Shown: positions 12,224 to 27,144 of the stretch, in pieces
Layout of the letters: each line of letters starts with the position of its first letter
Numbering within the stretch: position 1 is the stretch's first letter
Source: Octopus vulgaris
Lineage: Eukaryota
Direction: 5' to 3'
DNA length: 64,000 nt
NCBI GenBank assembly: GCA_951406725.2
Contig: OX597825.1
Location: forward strand, 79,360,001 to 79,424,000
Translations under genes and position numbers: made by a program
Notes under the pieces: model-generated
The model's database searches: none
The model's input: only the letters and a program-made list of their open reading frames with translations
Told to the model about the DNA's origin: nothing

Positions 12224-12885
12224 TTCCCGGGCAAGCAGATTTATTTATTTATTTTTGTGTTTGTCTTTCACCACATAATGACCAGTGTTGTTCATTTCCA
12301 GTCTTCCATGAAAACATGTCTGGTCATGGGCAAATGCTACATTGCTTGGAAACAGGTGTGGGTTTGTGACAGGAAGGGCATCTGGTTGTAGAAAAATCTG
12401 CCTCAACAAATTTCATCTGACCCATGCAAGCATGGAAAAGTGGACATTAAAACGATTGTGGTGATATATAATTAACTGTGTCTTCTCTCTCTCTCTCTGT
12501 CCATCCCACTGATATGGAAATCAAAAGTAATTAGCTGCTCGATGCTTTCGTGTGTCTCTGTATTTCATGGAGGGTCATTTACTTTTGCTGTTTGCTGAGT
12601 GTAATAAATATGAATATTATTTATAAAACGAAGAAGAGAAACATGTATCTATTTCAATCAAACCCTTTCAGTACAGTTTACTACTAGTAATTTGCAGTAA
12701 AACTAAATATTTATCGTCCAGGGATTTTCAGTGGGTGCCCACTAGCACATACACACACACACATCATCATCATCATCATCATCTAACGTCCATTGTCCAT
12801 GCTGGCCTAGGTTAGACAGTTTGACTGGAACTGGTGAGCTGGAGAGCTGCACCAGGTTCCAGTCTGATTTGGCATGCTATCTTAT

Positions 12886-13113
12886 TTCTTTACTGCCCAC
12901 AAGGGGCTAAACATAGAGGGGACAAACAAGGACAGACAAACGGATTGAGTCGATTACATCGATCCTAGTGCGTAACTGGTACTTAATTTATTGACCCCGA
13001 AAGGATGAAAGGCAAAGTCGACCTCAGCGGAATTTGAACTCAGAACATAATGGCAGATGAAATACCACTAAGCATTTTGCCTGGTGTGCTAATGTTTCTG
13101 CCACCTCACCGCC
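12886..13113 (-). mobile_element. tRNA-derived SINE family B inserted into a family A copy
   Basis: Minus strand reads GGCGGTGAGGTGGCAGAAAC...GAGTTCAAATTCC...GCCTTTCATCCTTTCGGGGTC. Family A sequence resumes after it, and TGGCATG is duplicated. Confidence 0.85.
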
Positions 13114-13574
13114 TGGCATGGTTTCTACGGCTGGATAACCTTCCTAACACCAACCACTCCAAAAACACCTACATACTTGGTATGTAATGCCATGTAATTA
13201 ACAATGGTCACATTATATATATCTTAAAGTATACAGTATTATAGATCCATTACAACCGATCTGACCAATCAATTTTTGGAGATGGCAGATAAGGAAAATA
13301 TATGCACTGATTGATTAATATACTCACACCATTGACAAATAATCAAGTGACAATTTTTCCTGAGTCATGGATTCTTAGAAGACTATATATATATAACTGG
13401 AACACAACTATAAATTTACAGTGTAAAATGGTGATGAAATATAACCTCAGATCTACCACTAGAATATACGGAGTTCTTTACTAATCTAAACAATATTGTT
13501 GGCCTGGTGTGCTAAAAGAGAGCTTATAAAGTATTATGACCAGACTGATAATCCCTCACTAATCACTCTGTTTT

Positions 13575-13633
<59 letters not shown>

Positions 13634-14259
13634 TACATACATGTATATATAAAATGTGTGCTGGGTATATTTTTTTGACTTCAAGGCAGTGGTCTGATAT
13701 GGCTGCAGCCCAATGACTGGAACAAATAAAAGATGTGTGTGTGTATTTATAAAAGTTCTTAAAAAAAATTCTTGAAACAGTCACAATATTTGGAGAAAGA
13801 TTCTCTTGAAATACCATTCTTTCCAAAATATTTCTGTTATTCTGTCTTTTTTTTAAGATGTATTTTTTAAATAATTGGTAATTTTTCATATAAAAAAATT
13901 GCTCTTCATATATATATATATATATACATACATATACATGTGTGTGTATATACACGTAGATATGTACATACATACAAACACATGCACACATACATAAGTA
14001 CGAACGTATGTATGTATATATATATATATATATATATATTATTGAAACTGAAAAGATTTCACAAACTGTTACTCAGAACTTCACACATACATACACATAC
14101 ACGTGTGTCTATACACATATATATATGTGTGTGTGTGTGTGTGCGTGCATTTGTGTATTATGTGTGTATTTATGTTGTTGTCCTCATTTATATTATATTC
14201 AGAAAATGTTACCTTATCAACAGGTAAAAAAAAAAAGCTAGAAAAAAGGACAAATTGTA

Positions 14260-14296
<37 letters not shown>

Positions 14297-15461
14297 ATAT
14301 GTATATTATTTCTATGAGAAATAACAATGTGTAGAGTTAGGTGTAAAGCAGTTTCTCTATTAATTGTTTAGTAGTTTGTTTGTTTGTTTGTTGGTTCGTT
14401 TATTTTGTTCTCTTCTCTTCTCTCTGTAACCTGGCATTCAATTAATTATCCTGCCGACTTCTCCCTGCATACAGGTTTTCCATTGCTGTCTTTGTTTTTC
14501 TAACATGTCATGATGTTTCAACTGTGTATAATTGCTTCTAAGCCAACACATTTCATCAACTGCTCTGACTTCAACAACCACAACAACAACATCAACAACA
14601 ATGGCAGTAGCTGCAGTCTTTGGGCTTTCTTCTGTTCTTAGTGCTTCTTTGTACTCAGACCAAAATGTCATCTTTTCATTACAAACACCTAACTTTCTCC
14701 CTCTTACTCTGCGGTTTCTATTTTTCTCTTTGTCTGTTCGTTTTGTGTTTTATTTTGTAAAAAAACAAAAAAAAAAAAAAAATGCCTTCTTTCTTTCATA
14801 TTTCATTTCTTTCTTTCTTCTCCAGTCTGCAGTTCTCTTCTTCCTCGTGAACTTCTGCTTTCTGTCTTTTCTGTTGCGTCAGCTTTGGTCTGCTAATGTC
14901 TACTTACGTGTTGTCACCTTCTCCACTGAAATCCTCATTCTCCTTTTTTTTCCCCCTTTTCGTCCCTATAGAAATATCCTGTGAAGTCATGTGGCCCTGT
15001 TGGGAGTGTGTTACACTCATGAGTGCAAGCTCATAGTTTTGAATCCCAGCCCAAGCGGTGCATTGTTTTCTTGAGCAAAACCCTTCATTTCCTGTTGCTC
15101 CACTCCATTCCGTAAATGAATAACCCTGTGACAGACTGGCTTCCCATTAAGGGGAGTGTTGTGATCTTGGTCCCTTATACAACTTGAAAATCAAATAACT
15201 AGTCCTTATGTGTAATTCTAGGACTCATAGCAGTTATGTCCAGGAGTAGATGATATAGAATATCCTGGTTTGAAATGAGGGTAGTGGTAGCAAGCTGTTA
15301 TTTCTGCGATTTTCTTGTCTCACTGGTGTCCCAATTATTTATCAAGTACCCTCCGAGAGATCGGTAACTTTTTGATGTAATAATGTGGTTAATTTGGAAA
15401 CAACCATAGTCTGTTTAAGATCTTGCTGCACAGATATTTTCAAACAGTTAAAATTTCCATT

Positions 15462-15686
15462 TTAACTCTTTAACATTTAAACTGGCCAAATCCAGCCAAA
15501 ATTTCCCCCCCGTTTTATGTTCAAACTAGCTGAGTCTAGCTTCTCACATCAACCTTACATTATCATTCTAAGTATTAGCAGTTAGTCCCATCTCAAAGCA
15601 GCTATAAGATAATGCAGATTAATACAAAACAATGAGAATAAATAAGTGTTACTTTTGACAGAATAATGTGAACGGTAAAAGGTTAA
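15462..15686. mobile_element. TTAA-flanked piggyBac-like MITE (family G)
   Basis: Ends TTAACTCTTT...AAAGGTTAA. Other copies at 8460-8635, 18225-18454, 35570-35777 and 36961-37361. Confidence 0.7.
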
Positions 15687-18224
15687 AAGTATATTGTATA
15701 TCAAGAGCTAATTGAGATTTGGTAATTAGGAAACATTATGTCCCTGCCATTTTCTATCATCACCTTATTTACTCACCTTGGGCAAGTGTCTTGTATAGCT
15801 CTGGGGTTGAGTAAATCCTTGTGAGAGGATTTGGTAAACAGAAACTGAAAGAAGCCCATCACACACACACACACACTTGTGTGTGTGTGTGTGTGTTCTT
15901 GTCTTGAAATCATGTGATAGTTGTGAATGAGTGTCACTATCATACAAGTGGTGTCACTCATTTCCAGAGTTCTGCAGAATCCTGTCTGGCCATGAGAAAA
16001 TGTCACCCTCCTTGCAAACAGGTGAGGGTTGGTGACAGGAAAGGCATTAAGCTGTAGAAAATCAGTCACAATATACTCTGTCTAACCCACCAAAACATGA
16101 AAAAGGGATGAATGTTAAAACACTGATATATCAATTAAGCTTACATTTAATGATATCTTTATTGCAGTGTCTACTCATGAATTCAGATTGAAAAATGTGG
16201 TCGTGATTTGGAAGATGTCTTCAAGTCCCCCACACCTTTTCTTCTTTTTTTTTGTTAATTAACTAAGTACATATTTGGATTTAAATGTCATTCCACACAT
16301 TTCTGTGTAGTTGATGTGGGAGAAGTTGTTGGTAGAAATTATTGTGTAAGGTGAATCTGGTAGATGTTGCAGCTAAGGTGAACCATATTTTAAGCGATGC
16401 CATCAAGGAGGAGAGGAGTAATCAAGATAATGAGATAAATCAGACAATGTTGGGTGGCACAAAGTAATTTGTCAAATGAAACAATGAAGAGGTAATCCTG
16501 GTCTTGTTGACGTTGCTGTTGTTGTTGTTGCTGATGTTGAGCAAACGGTCTTCGTCCCAGAGCTCGCAAGATGGGAGAAGTCCGAAACGTGGTTCTTCGC
16601 TATTTGTAAGACCCGCAGAAGAGAAAGCAGGTCAACCCCCCCGACACTGAGAGCATCGATGGATGGATGAATGCGCATCCAGGTTCAGCGGTTGCGTAGG
16701 AAGTCAGAGGCTGTTGTTGTTCAACCCTAGGCCAGTGCTGATTGATCAAACCTATGATCAAAGGTGTTTCAGCTGTGACCATTCAATCCTTTTTTGCATA
16801 TCAACCAGTGATTACATTGTCTGTTGTGTCTTTTCATCTTCACATGAAAAGGCATTTTCCTAATAACTAATGCTTTTTTGACTGACCCACAAACTGTTGT
16901 GTGGGTGAATAACTATAAAACAGATAAAAAAATAAAAGCAGTTTTGATTCAGCGTTTGAAAGGCAAAATGTAAATTGTGCAATTAGAGAAAACTGTAAAT
17001 AGTAAAGTGTGAACATAAAACTCAATAACTTCTTTGTTGCTGGTTTCTGGTCATGACATGAATTACAATCTGCAGGTGTGCCTTGTAGTGTCAGGTGATT
17101 CCTAGATTTGACTTTGACTGAAAAGGGAACTAAATTCAGATTCACAGAAATATACAGATGTGTATATAATTCATGACGTGTGGCTGTGTGGTTAAGACGT
17201 TTGTTTTCCAACCACATGGTTTTCGGTTCTGTCCTACTGCTTACTACCTTGACCAAGTGCTTTCTGTTATAGCACTGGGCCAGCCAAATCCTTGTAAGTG
17301 GATTTGATTGATGGAAACTGAAAACAGTATATTGTATGTATGTGTGTGTGTGTAAGCATCCATCCATCCATCAATGTTTGTTTGTTTGTTTGTGTCATTG
17401 GATGATAATTGTAATCAGTGTTACTGTTATGTAGGCAGTGTCATTCATTTGTAATATTCTGCAAAGTAACCTGTCTGGCTGCAGGGAAATAGTTTTTTGT
17501 TTGGAAATAGGTAAAGGTTGATGACAAGAAAAGCACCCAGCTTTAATAAATTCCATCTGACCCATGCAAACATGGAAAAATGGATGTTGAAACAATGATG
17601 ATAACGATAAAAAAAGTGGCTCTGGTAAAGGTAAAGGGTTTCCTTCTTGAGTCATATTGACTCGTAAGGGCCAGTTTCTCTGTTTCCATTGTGTACCCCC
17701 TCCACCAGATGAACACTGGTCCCTTGCAGGATTCCTCATTTTTGCCAGCTGAGTGGACTAGAGCAATGTGAAATGAAGTGTTTTTTTCAAGAACACAACC
17801 TGTTGCTCACTCCAGGAATTGAAACCACAATCTTACAATCATGAGTCCAACACTAAGCCACATGGATCCACAAATGGCTGTGGCTGTAGAGTGAAACTTT
17901 CTCTTTTGATGCTTCATATGCTATAAACACAACCCACTCTGATGTCATCGCAAATTATATGAGGATAATGTTATTGGTCAGAAGGTTTTGACGCTTAAAT
18001 CTATGTTGAAAGAATAAGTTGTTGGTGTGTTTATTAAGAATATTTAAGTACTTTTTTTTAAATGATATCAATAAAGTATATACTTTCCCCTTGTGATATG
18101 CCATCTCACATCCCAGATTTGGAGTCCTTCATTTAAATACATGCTGTTGGAGCCCTCACATGGTTGCACTTCCTATTAGAAATATTAGCCAATTCTTTCT
18201 CAAAATCTAATCCTTTTTGTTCTC

Positions 18225-18454
18225 TTAACCTTTTAACATTCAGATTGTTCTATCGAATGTGATGCTTGTTCAAATTGAATAGAATTAATCCTGCATTATC
18301 TTCTAGCTTTGAAATGTTGGTGTTGATGATGATATGACTGTTTATTTTTAGAATGACATTGTAGGGTAGGTGTGAGAGGGTGGATCTGAATGGTTTGAAC
18401 ATAAAACAGGTAGAATATTTGGGCCAGATATGGTTGGGTTAAAAAAGGGTTTAA
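18225..18454. mobile_element. piggyBac-like MITE (family G)
   Basis: TTAACCTTTT...AAAGGGTTTAA, a reverse-orientation relative of 15462-15686. Confidence 0.7.
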
Positions 18455-19154
18455 AAAAAAAAACCCTGAATAAGACATTGCCTAATGCAGTTCTGGGGTC
18501 TCTACTTGTGTGTGGAAGAAAAAAGAAAAAGTAAAAAAAGAAACAAATAAAATACAAGAAAGAAGTTGGGGCAGTCATGGCTGGAATTCCTTTGATCATA
18601 GTTTTGCTCTATCAGGACTGACTCGACACAAAAACAAGTGACAACAACAGCAACAATAAGTGTTTATTTTTAAGTATCTGTTTAACTTTTTTGGTTGTTG
18701 AAACTTGTCATTTTATGATCACTGTCTATCTATTTTCTTCCGTTATCTGTTTGTACCAACTTGATCTGGACTGAATTCCACTCGGTCACCTTTTCCCCAC
18801 CTCGTCTGGCTTCTTTTAATTATTTCCTCTGTAAATCCCAACTCTCTTAGATCACTTTTAATTACTTAGTTTCAGGTTTATTTTTCTTGCACCACCCCAC
18901 CAAATAGACCCCCCCCCCAGTCGCCTCTGCTGTCCTATCGTGGAACACTCAAACATTTCCTCTGCTCACTTTTCATCATTAATTTACTCGTTAAACCACT
19001 GGCACTATCAGCTTTGCCGTTCATTACCTGTTCACTAATTTCTCCAGATAACGTCCTTTGTTCCGTTTATACCTTACTTCTCTAATGGCTTTGTTCTTAA
19101 TTAATCTTATTAGTTGGATGGGCAGAATGAAATTCACATAACATAAATCATGCA

Positions 19155-19193
<39 letters not shown>

Positions 19194-19227
19194 TATATGT
19201 ATATATATCTACATGTATGTATGTATG

Positions 19228-19259
<32 letters not shown>

Positions 19260-19286
19260 ATGTATGTACATGTGTTTGTATATAGA

Positions 19287-19444
19287 CAAGGGGGTGCTGG
19301 AAACTTTTGAAGTTCTTTTATGGGGGACCGCTGCAATAAGTGTGTGAATTTGAGAGGGGAATATTATGTTGAATAAAATCATAATTAACTGATCCTCTTG
19401 TATTTTCTTTTACTTGAAGCCAGGAACTTTTCAACACCCCCTTG
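19287..19444 (+). mobile_element. mariner-derived MITE
   Basis: Ends CAAGGGGGTGCTGGAAA / AACTTTTCAACACCCCCTTG and keeps a KCVNLRGEY-like transposase C-terminus. Relative at 41565-41770. Confidence 0.7.
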
Positions 19445-19452
19445 TGTGTATG

Positions 19453-19514
<62 letters not shown>

Positions 19515-19517
<3 letters not shown>

Positions 19518-19605
19518 TACGAAAAAAGAGGCAGTCAGAATTTTGGATAATTCTCTATGAAAGAATTATCCAAAATTCTGACTGCCTTATTTTTCTCAAT
19601 ATATA
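19515..19605. repeat. Short fold-back next to (TA)n
   Basis: Perfect 26-bp arms at 19529-19554 and 19562-19587, 7-nt loop, imperfect extension outward. Confidence 0.85.
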
Positions 19606-19849
19606 ATATCTGTGCACCACTTCAAACACTCTGCACACACATATGGACACACACATGCACACACATAATGTGTATGTATGCAAATAATATATACTGAAAT
19701 AGAGAAAAGCTGCTTATTAATTAGCTTGAATTCCATATCTTTTACTAAAAGAAAGGAATATTTCAATGTTTACTCTGTCCAGAAAATTCTTAAAATCCCC
19801 AGTTTTAGTATATTTTAATCAATGTGATTTTATAATAATAATAATAATG

Positions 19850-19890
<41 letters not shown>

Positions 19891-22800
19891 CTTTTCAACT
19901 GAGTGATTAATTGTAATTCACTGCAAGATTACATTTTTAAAAAAATCCTACACTGAAAGATAATCTTCGTTTGCTTTACTTTCTGATAATCTAAAATGTA
20001 TTTCAGTTTGAATTTATTTAAGAGAAAATGTCATCACAAATACATTTATACTTTTTAAATGTGATCGAAATATATATTGTGCAAAATAAAAAAAGCATGT
20101 TAGTACATATTCACTTTAAATGCAAACGAAATATATTTATTGTATGGATGACCTCAAGACACTGAACCTTCTGGAGGAGATGACAAAGGACCGATATCTC
20201 AGGAAGACCCATCCTCCATAGTAGAAGCGTTAAGGTCACTCCCCCACGGGTGAAGAGAATTAACCTGCCAGAGCCCTGTGCCAGTGCCACATAAAAGGGC
20301 TCATGATGGTGCCATGTTAAATGCACCCAGCACACACTGCAAAGTGGTTGGCATTAAGAAGGGCATCTAGCCATAAAAATTGAGCCAAATCAGACTGGAA
20401 GCTGGCGCAGCTCTCCAGCTTGCCAGCTCTGGTCAAACCATCCAACCCATGCCAGCATGGAAAATGGAAACGAAAGGATGATGATGATGATAATGATGAT
20501 GATGATGATGACTTTAAATGTGACTTTCCCCATGTTCTCAAGTTTATCTGATGGTATTTATAAATTCTTATTGGGAGTTATTATAATCATAAGTTACAGA
20601 AAAAAAAAACAAATAATAATAATGATAATAATTCTTTTATTTGTTACTGTAGGGGCACAAACATTTGGGGAAGGATTTGAGGGGGCTAATCAGAAATCGT
20701 AGGAGGTAGGATGAAATCAATTTCAAATAACCCCTGGGAGTAATTTGAACAGGATTTTTAGTTCCTGGAAGCTAAGCTGATTTCGGATAATTTGAAATTG
20801 CTACACCAGCATAATTTTTTGGTGGTTGGGGTGGGGCGGGGGGAAGCAATAACAAAAACAATGCATCCAGTCCACTCTGTGAAGTGGTTGACATTAGAAA
20901 TGGCATTCAGCTGTAGAAACTGTACCGAAGCAGATAGTAGAGCTTGGCATAGTCCTCTGACTAGCCAGTTCCTGTAAAACTGTCCAACCCATGCCAGCAG
21001 GGAAAACATGTTAAATAGTGATGATGATTTTGGTTGAGCTTACTTTTCATGTCTTAAGGTCTTTTGGGGTTAGAATCATCAGCCATAGATAAATTTGTGA
21101 CTGGTGTTTCTAACTCCAACTTAATATGCAGTCAGTTTGGATGAGGCCCAATTAGCCTTCCTCTTGTTTGTTTTTGTAAAATTTGTCTGTTGTACCTTAG
21201 TTTAAAAACTAAAGTTAAATTCTTGAAGTCATTATGTTAAATATTACACACTGTATGGTAGGAACTTGTAAGGGCAAAAAATTAGTTGACTTTTAACTTT
21301 TGAAAAAAGGTTATGTGGAATTTTTGAGAAATTGGTAAAGGTTAAAAAAACTAACACACACACACACACGAATTTGAATTGGTGTTAGCTTTTCCTATAA
21401 ATTTCCTGTATGGCAGTTTATTCTCTTTTCCTTTCAAATATATACATATGCTATTGTCAAATTTATAATGCCTGTTTAAAAAAAAAAAAGAAGAATTCTT
21501 CCACTCCACTGATGAAAAAATCTACAAAAACGTAAAAACAAATGAATTTTGTGTGTCTGTGAGACTTGTACTGCAAAGTAGATGACTTTTAAAAGTAAAT
21601 AAGTTTTACTTCAAAGATGATCATATTTTTGACCTTTTTCAAAATTGTTCTCTGTCTCTGAAAATTTGTATTAATGTTTAAAAAGATTGTAAAAATAGAA
21701 AAGCAGATGGAATATTATCTCTTAGCTCTTCTGCTGTCTTTCTCTTTCATTCTCTCTCTTTCTGTTCCTCTCCATCACCCTTTCTCTCTCTCTCTCTGTC
21801 TGCTGAATACAAATTTATTCATAATTGATACTGTATCGGTACATTAGTCATTAGTGCCTGGTTGTCAGTCTTGCATCACCATCTGAATGAGTTATGCTTA
21901 GTACAATATTGTTTACAATTTTCATTAGTAATCATCCACTTCATTTCAATACTTAAGGCAGTATGGAGTAAGAAAATCCTAAGTTGTTAGGATGGCAAAA
22001 ACTTATCAGTCCAATATTCATTCCAAGCTGCTAAAATCTGCTTCTACTCCAACTAAGGGTGAAATTTAACAGTGACATTAACTACATATGGACACGACTT
22101 TGTATAGATATTTATTCATGACATATCCAGTTATTATATCATAATCATCATTTTATGTCTGCTTTCCATGCTAGCATAAATTAAACAGATTGTTATGATC
22201 TGGATGAGTTCTTATTTGTGGTTACCTACATTCCCCCTAAACAGCCCAGAGCACCACATCTTGCCACATCATACATTCCACATTTTGCATGATTTCTGCA
22301 ACTGGATACCTTTCTTATCACCAACCATTTTGCAGAGGGTAACGAGTGTATTTTATTGTGGCACCAGCGTTAGAGAGGTTGTCATATCCTTGGCAAGCGT
22401 TCCTGATTTATATTGTTCTGGAGTCGGGGGTCTTCATGGCCACTGGTGGTACCAAGGCAGAGTTTTAACTCAGAATGCAGAGATCCAAGAAAGATACCAG
22501 AAGGCTTCTTCTTGTCAGATGTTCTAACAGCCTGCTCTCCTTGGCTAGTAATTTATTGGTCGACTCTGAAAGGATAAGTAAAGCTGATGCCAGCTGGATT
22601 TGAACTCAGTACAGAGAACCTAAACAAATAGTTTGAATTCTATCAGATGCTTTAATAATTCTGCTTTACGGCTATAGGGTGTAACTTGAAGGAGTTTTGG
22701 CTGCAATTTCCAGCTGGTTGAGTGGTCACAAGGCACATAGCTTAGTGGTTAAGGTGTTGGGCTCACAGTCATAAGATTAGTTTTGATTCTTGGATCAGGT

Positions 22801-23715
22801 AGTGTGTTGTTTTTGAGCAAAACACTTAATTTCACATTGCTCCAGTCCACTCAGCAGGTAAAAGTGAGTATTCCTATGACAGACTGGCAGCCCATCCAGG
22901 GGGAATATATACGCCACAGGAACTAGTAAATCAGCCCTACGAGTCCATATGACTTAGGAATGAGCTGGTTGAGCAACCACATAGAGGCTCTTTTGTTAGA
23001 TTATAAAATTAGTCGTGGTAATCTAGTCCTTGGTTTATTGGGAGAGATATTTTCTTTTGAGTAACATTTGTATTAATTAGTAAAGATATTATAATTAAAA
23101 CAGATGTCTCTCTCTTTCATTTCTAACAAAAAATATTGCCATTGTTGGCAATATTATTGAAGCTCACAGCATTATTAATTCTGACCTGCTCTGACCTGAC
23201 CCGATTGACCTGAGCTGACCTCCAGATTTAAGTTGGTCGACTTTGATACAACTGAAGTCTAGTGTCTGGTGAAAAATAACAAAAGCTTTTGTTTTTAATA
23301 TATTATACATGTCTTTTATGATAATTCAATGGTTTATCTGTTGCCAAGGAGATATTAATTTCTGGTTCTGAGACAGTGCTATCTTGCCATCACATCTCCA
23401 TAATTATTTTAACATTCATTTTTCCATGCTTGCATGGGTCAGGCAGAATGTGTTAAGGTGGACTTTCTACAACCCTTCCTGCCCTTTCAATGCCCATCCT
23501 GTCACCAACCCTCACCTGTTTCCAAGTAAGGTAATATTTCCCCCATGGCCAGACATTATTCTCCTGGAAGACTGGACATGAAGGACATCGCCTGCATGAT
23601 GGTGACACTCATTTACAACTGTTACAAGAAGTCAAAGCAAGGAAACAGTAATACGCATAAATGCTTGCACACATCCATATATACATACATTCACAATGAA
23701 CTTCTTTCAGTTTCT

Positions 23716-23945
23716 TATTTCTTTATTGCCCACAAGGGGCTAAACACAGAGGGGACAAACAAGGGCAGACAAAGGTATTAAGTCGATTACATCGATCCCA
23801 GTGCGTAACTGGTACTTATTTAATCGACCCCGAAAGGATGAAAGGCAAAGTCGACCTCGACGGAATTTGAACTCAGGACGTAATGGCAGACAAAATACCG
23901 CTAAGTATTTTACCCGGTGTGCTAATGTTTCTGCCAGCTCGCCAC
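23716..23945 (-). mobile_element. SINE family B nested in family C
   Basis: Full-length copy with target duplication CTTCTTTCAGTTTCT on both sides. Confidence 0.85.
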
Positions 23946-25619
23946 CTTCTTTCAGTTTCTGTCTATCAAATCTACTCACAAACACTTTGGTTGGCCTGAG
24001 GCTATAATGGAAAACACTTGCTGGAGGTACCATGCTGTAGGACTGAACCTAAGACTCTGTGGCTGGGAAGCAAACTTTTTGCCACACAGCTATGCCTGCT
24101 TCATCTATATTGCTGCTATGGTTGTGTAGCTTCTACGTCAGTCCTAGTTTGTCTTACAGGTGTTACAGGTTCTGACAAGATAAGATGCTAAGTAAAAGCT
24201 TATATATATGCAGACTCCCTGTTAAATAACTGCATAGTTTAATTTCTGTGGACTTTATATGTAAATTGCTAATTAGCTAAGAGAATTAAATCTGTGTGTG
24301 TGAGTGTGTGTGTGTGTGTGCATAAATATATGAGGTCTTACAGATGTTAACTAGAGGAGTTTTTCTCTAGTCCTTTATCATCTGTGCTAAATCCATTATC
24401 GATCTGTTAATCCCAGTGTAAGATGAAGAATTATTTCTTACATTTTATAGTCAAAGGAAGAGATTACTGTAGCTCAATATATTACATATTCCACTCTTCA
24501 TAGCAGCCTTAGACATATATACATATATATCGTTTTTTTTGTTTTTTTTTCCTGCACTGAGTATCAAGTGTCTAGTCTTCGCTGTCATGGCTGTGTTCAG
24601 CACAGCTTTCTATTTAATAACTTGAGACACTCTTGAGAAAATATTGTTCAAGCATTTATTCCCTACTACTGTAGAAAATGTATTTTTAGATAACAAATTT
24701 GTCTTGAGATGATTTTTATATATATATATATATATCGTCATCATCATCGTTGTTGTTTAATGTCTGCTTTCCATGCTGGCATGGGTTGGATGGTTCAACT
24801 GAGGACTGGCAAGCCAGGAGGCTGCACCAGGTTCCAATCTGATCTGGTAGTGTTTCTACAGCTGGATGCCCTTCCTAACGCCAACCACTCTGAGAGTGTG
24901 GTGGATGCTTTTTATGTGCCACCAGCACAGAAACCATTCAGGCGGCACTGGCATCATCTAGTAGTAGGTAACTCCTTTCATGGAGATCACAATGAGTTTG
25001 GCATCTTCCAATGTCACCATTTACTCTAATGATGCCAAGTAATTGAGATATCCACTTATATTTAAATCGAACAGCTGTCTTAATTGCTTAGCAAAAATAA
25101 GAACTTTTTGCTTAGTGATGTTTCAGACACCAGCTTAATGAAAAATTAGTTCATCATTTTACATCTGCTTTTTTTTATGTTTGTATGAGATTAACAGATC
25201 TTCATACTCAGAGTCCATTCTCATTTAGAGTTCCTGCCCCCTTGAATGGGTCAGAGGACTACATTTCACTTACACTTTCCAATTTTGTATATTTTTAGAA
25301 TTGGATAACCTTCCTAATGCCAGCCACTTTACAGAGTATACAGGGTGCATCTTGGCACCAGCACTAGAATGGTTGTCATCTGCTCAATAAGACTAAGGAG
25401 TCTTCTTTACTCTATATTGTCTCTGTTCGTTATCTTACTAAATCCATCTTAATTATTTCTTAATTAAAACTCACAAGCAATGCATTTCAGCATTGATGGG
25501 AACCCAAAAAAGGTTAAAAGAAGGATGAAAGGAAATCAGATATTATTTGCCAGAAATGTGGTACAACGGAATCCATGGACCTGTCTTCAGTAGCATAGCA
25601 ATGCTAATAATAATAATGA

Positions 25620-26180
25620 TGCAGTACCAGGCAGTAGCTATGCCCTGATGCAGTACCAGGCAGTGGCTCTCATGGCTTTTGATCTTAACTGATTAGAAGT
25701 GTTACCATGTACATTGTTTTGTCTTGGTATAAAAGATGGGCTACAGCAAATATTCTGCTCAATACCATATATTTGCTTGTCAGTTGTTTGACCTTAACCA
25801 GTTGAACGCGTACCTTAGTGGCTGACGATATGTCCATCTCTGATCACGAGCAGAAGTTGTGGGGGAGCATCATAGCCATGTGTTGAAAGGAATTCTTTGG
25901 GGTTTGGCTAATTCACCTCTGGAAACATGGGTGTTTTGTTCATCATCTTTAAACAACCCCTATTCAAGGGCCTTTTGAGTAGGATGGGCTACTTGACCTG
26001 AAGAAAATTCTAACTGGGCCCCACCTGCAAGGTCAAGTGCAGTTTATCTTGATATGAGATCACCATGTCGCGCACATATGGTTGTGATGCATGTGTCTGG
26101 TGTACCCTTATCAGACAGGTAGTCATGATGGGTATACTGGGCTTTGTATATTTGATGGCTTGCATTGCTTTCTCATTCAA
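25620..26180 (+). mobile_element. ~560-bp repeat (family E), likely the 3' region of a non-LTR element, in (AAT)n
   Basis: Inverted second copy at 35027-35521. Both copies are bounded by (AAT)n/(ATT)n. Confidence 0.7.
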
Positions 26181-27087
26181 TAATAATAATAATAATAATA
26201 GTAATAATAAGGGTGTCTTTCTCATCATCATAATATTATGGGTTCAGTTTCTGAACTGTGTAGCACATTGTATCCTTGAGCAAGGCACTTCATTTTATGT
26301 TATTCTCATCAATTCAACTGGAATTGATGAAAGACTGGGTGAGTATCTGTGTCTGCTTGTGACTACACAGACACCTAAGACAATGAATGACAGTATGGTA
26401 CACGTGACTAAGCCATATGTGTCTGTTGTTGGTGACTAACACTTTTAATAATCATTTCTGCTATAGGCACAAGGCCTGAAATTTCGTGGGAAGAGGGGCT
26501 AGTTATTGCATCAACCCCCACCCCCAATGCTTGTCCAATACTTATTTCAATGACCCTGAAAGGATGAACGGCAAAGTCGACATCAACAGCTATAACCATT
26601 CTGCCTATTTTCTGGTTTTCTAATCTAAGCAGGAGTCTGGCAGTTTTTGATGAGATGGGGTTAGATGTTTCCATCGACACTTTATATTATTGACCCAAAA
26701 GGATGAAACACAAAGGTGGCCTTGGTGGGATTTGAACTCTGATGATAAAGAACTGGAATGAAATAGCACTAAGCGATTTTTTTGAAGCTCCACTGATTCT
26801 AATTACTGCCCTTAATAATTATAATAATAATAATAATAATTGTAGTAGTAATAATAATTCATTCTTGTATTAGCCACAAGGGCTCACATACAATAACATT
26901 AAAGGACATGCAACAACATAAAATATAAAAACAGGATGACACAATGGGTTTTCCGCGTGTGAACAATATAAATAACAATTAAAAATTGAACAAATTAAAG
27001 CTTCAAATAGGGGAGGCATGCTCAGAATTGGTCCTTTCACACTGGCCGTTCTTCCAACATTCACCCACCTTTCAACAAACTTGCTAC

Positions 27088-27121
<34 letters not shown>

Positions 27122-27144
27122 CCAATAGTAATAACAACAATGAT

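Noticed and set aside
14532-14984. 150-aa hydrophobic ORF
   Set aside because: Produced by CAA repeats and T/C-rich low-complexity sequence. No ATG start and no recognisable domain.
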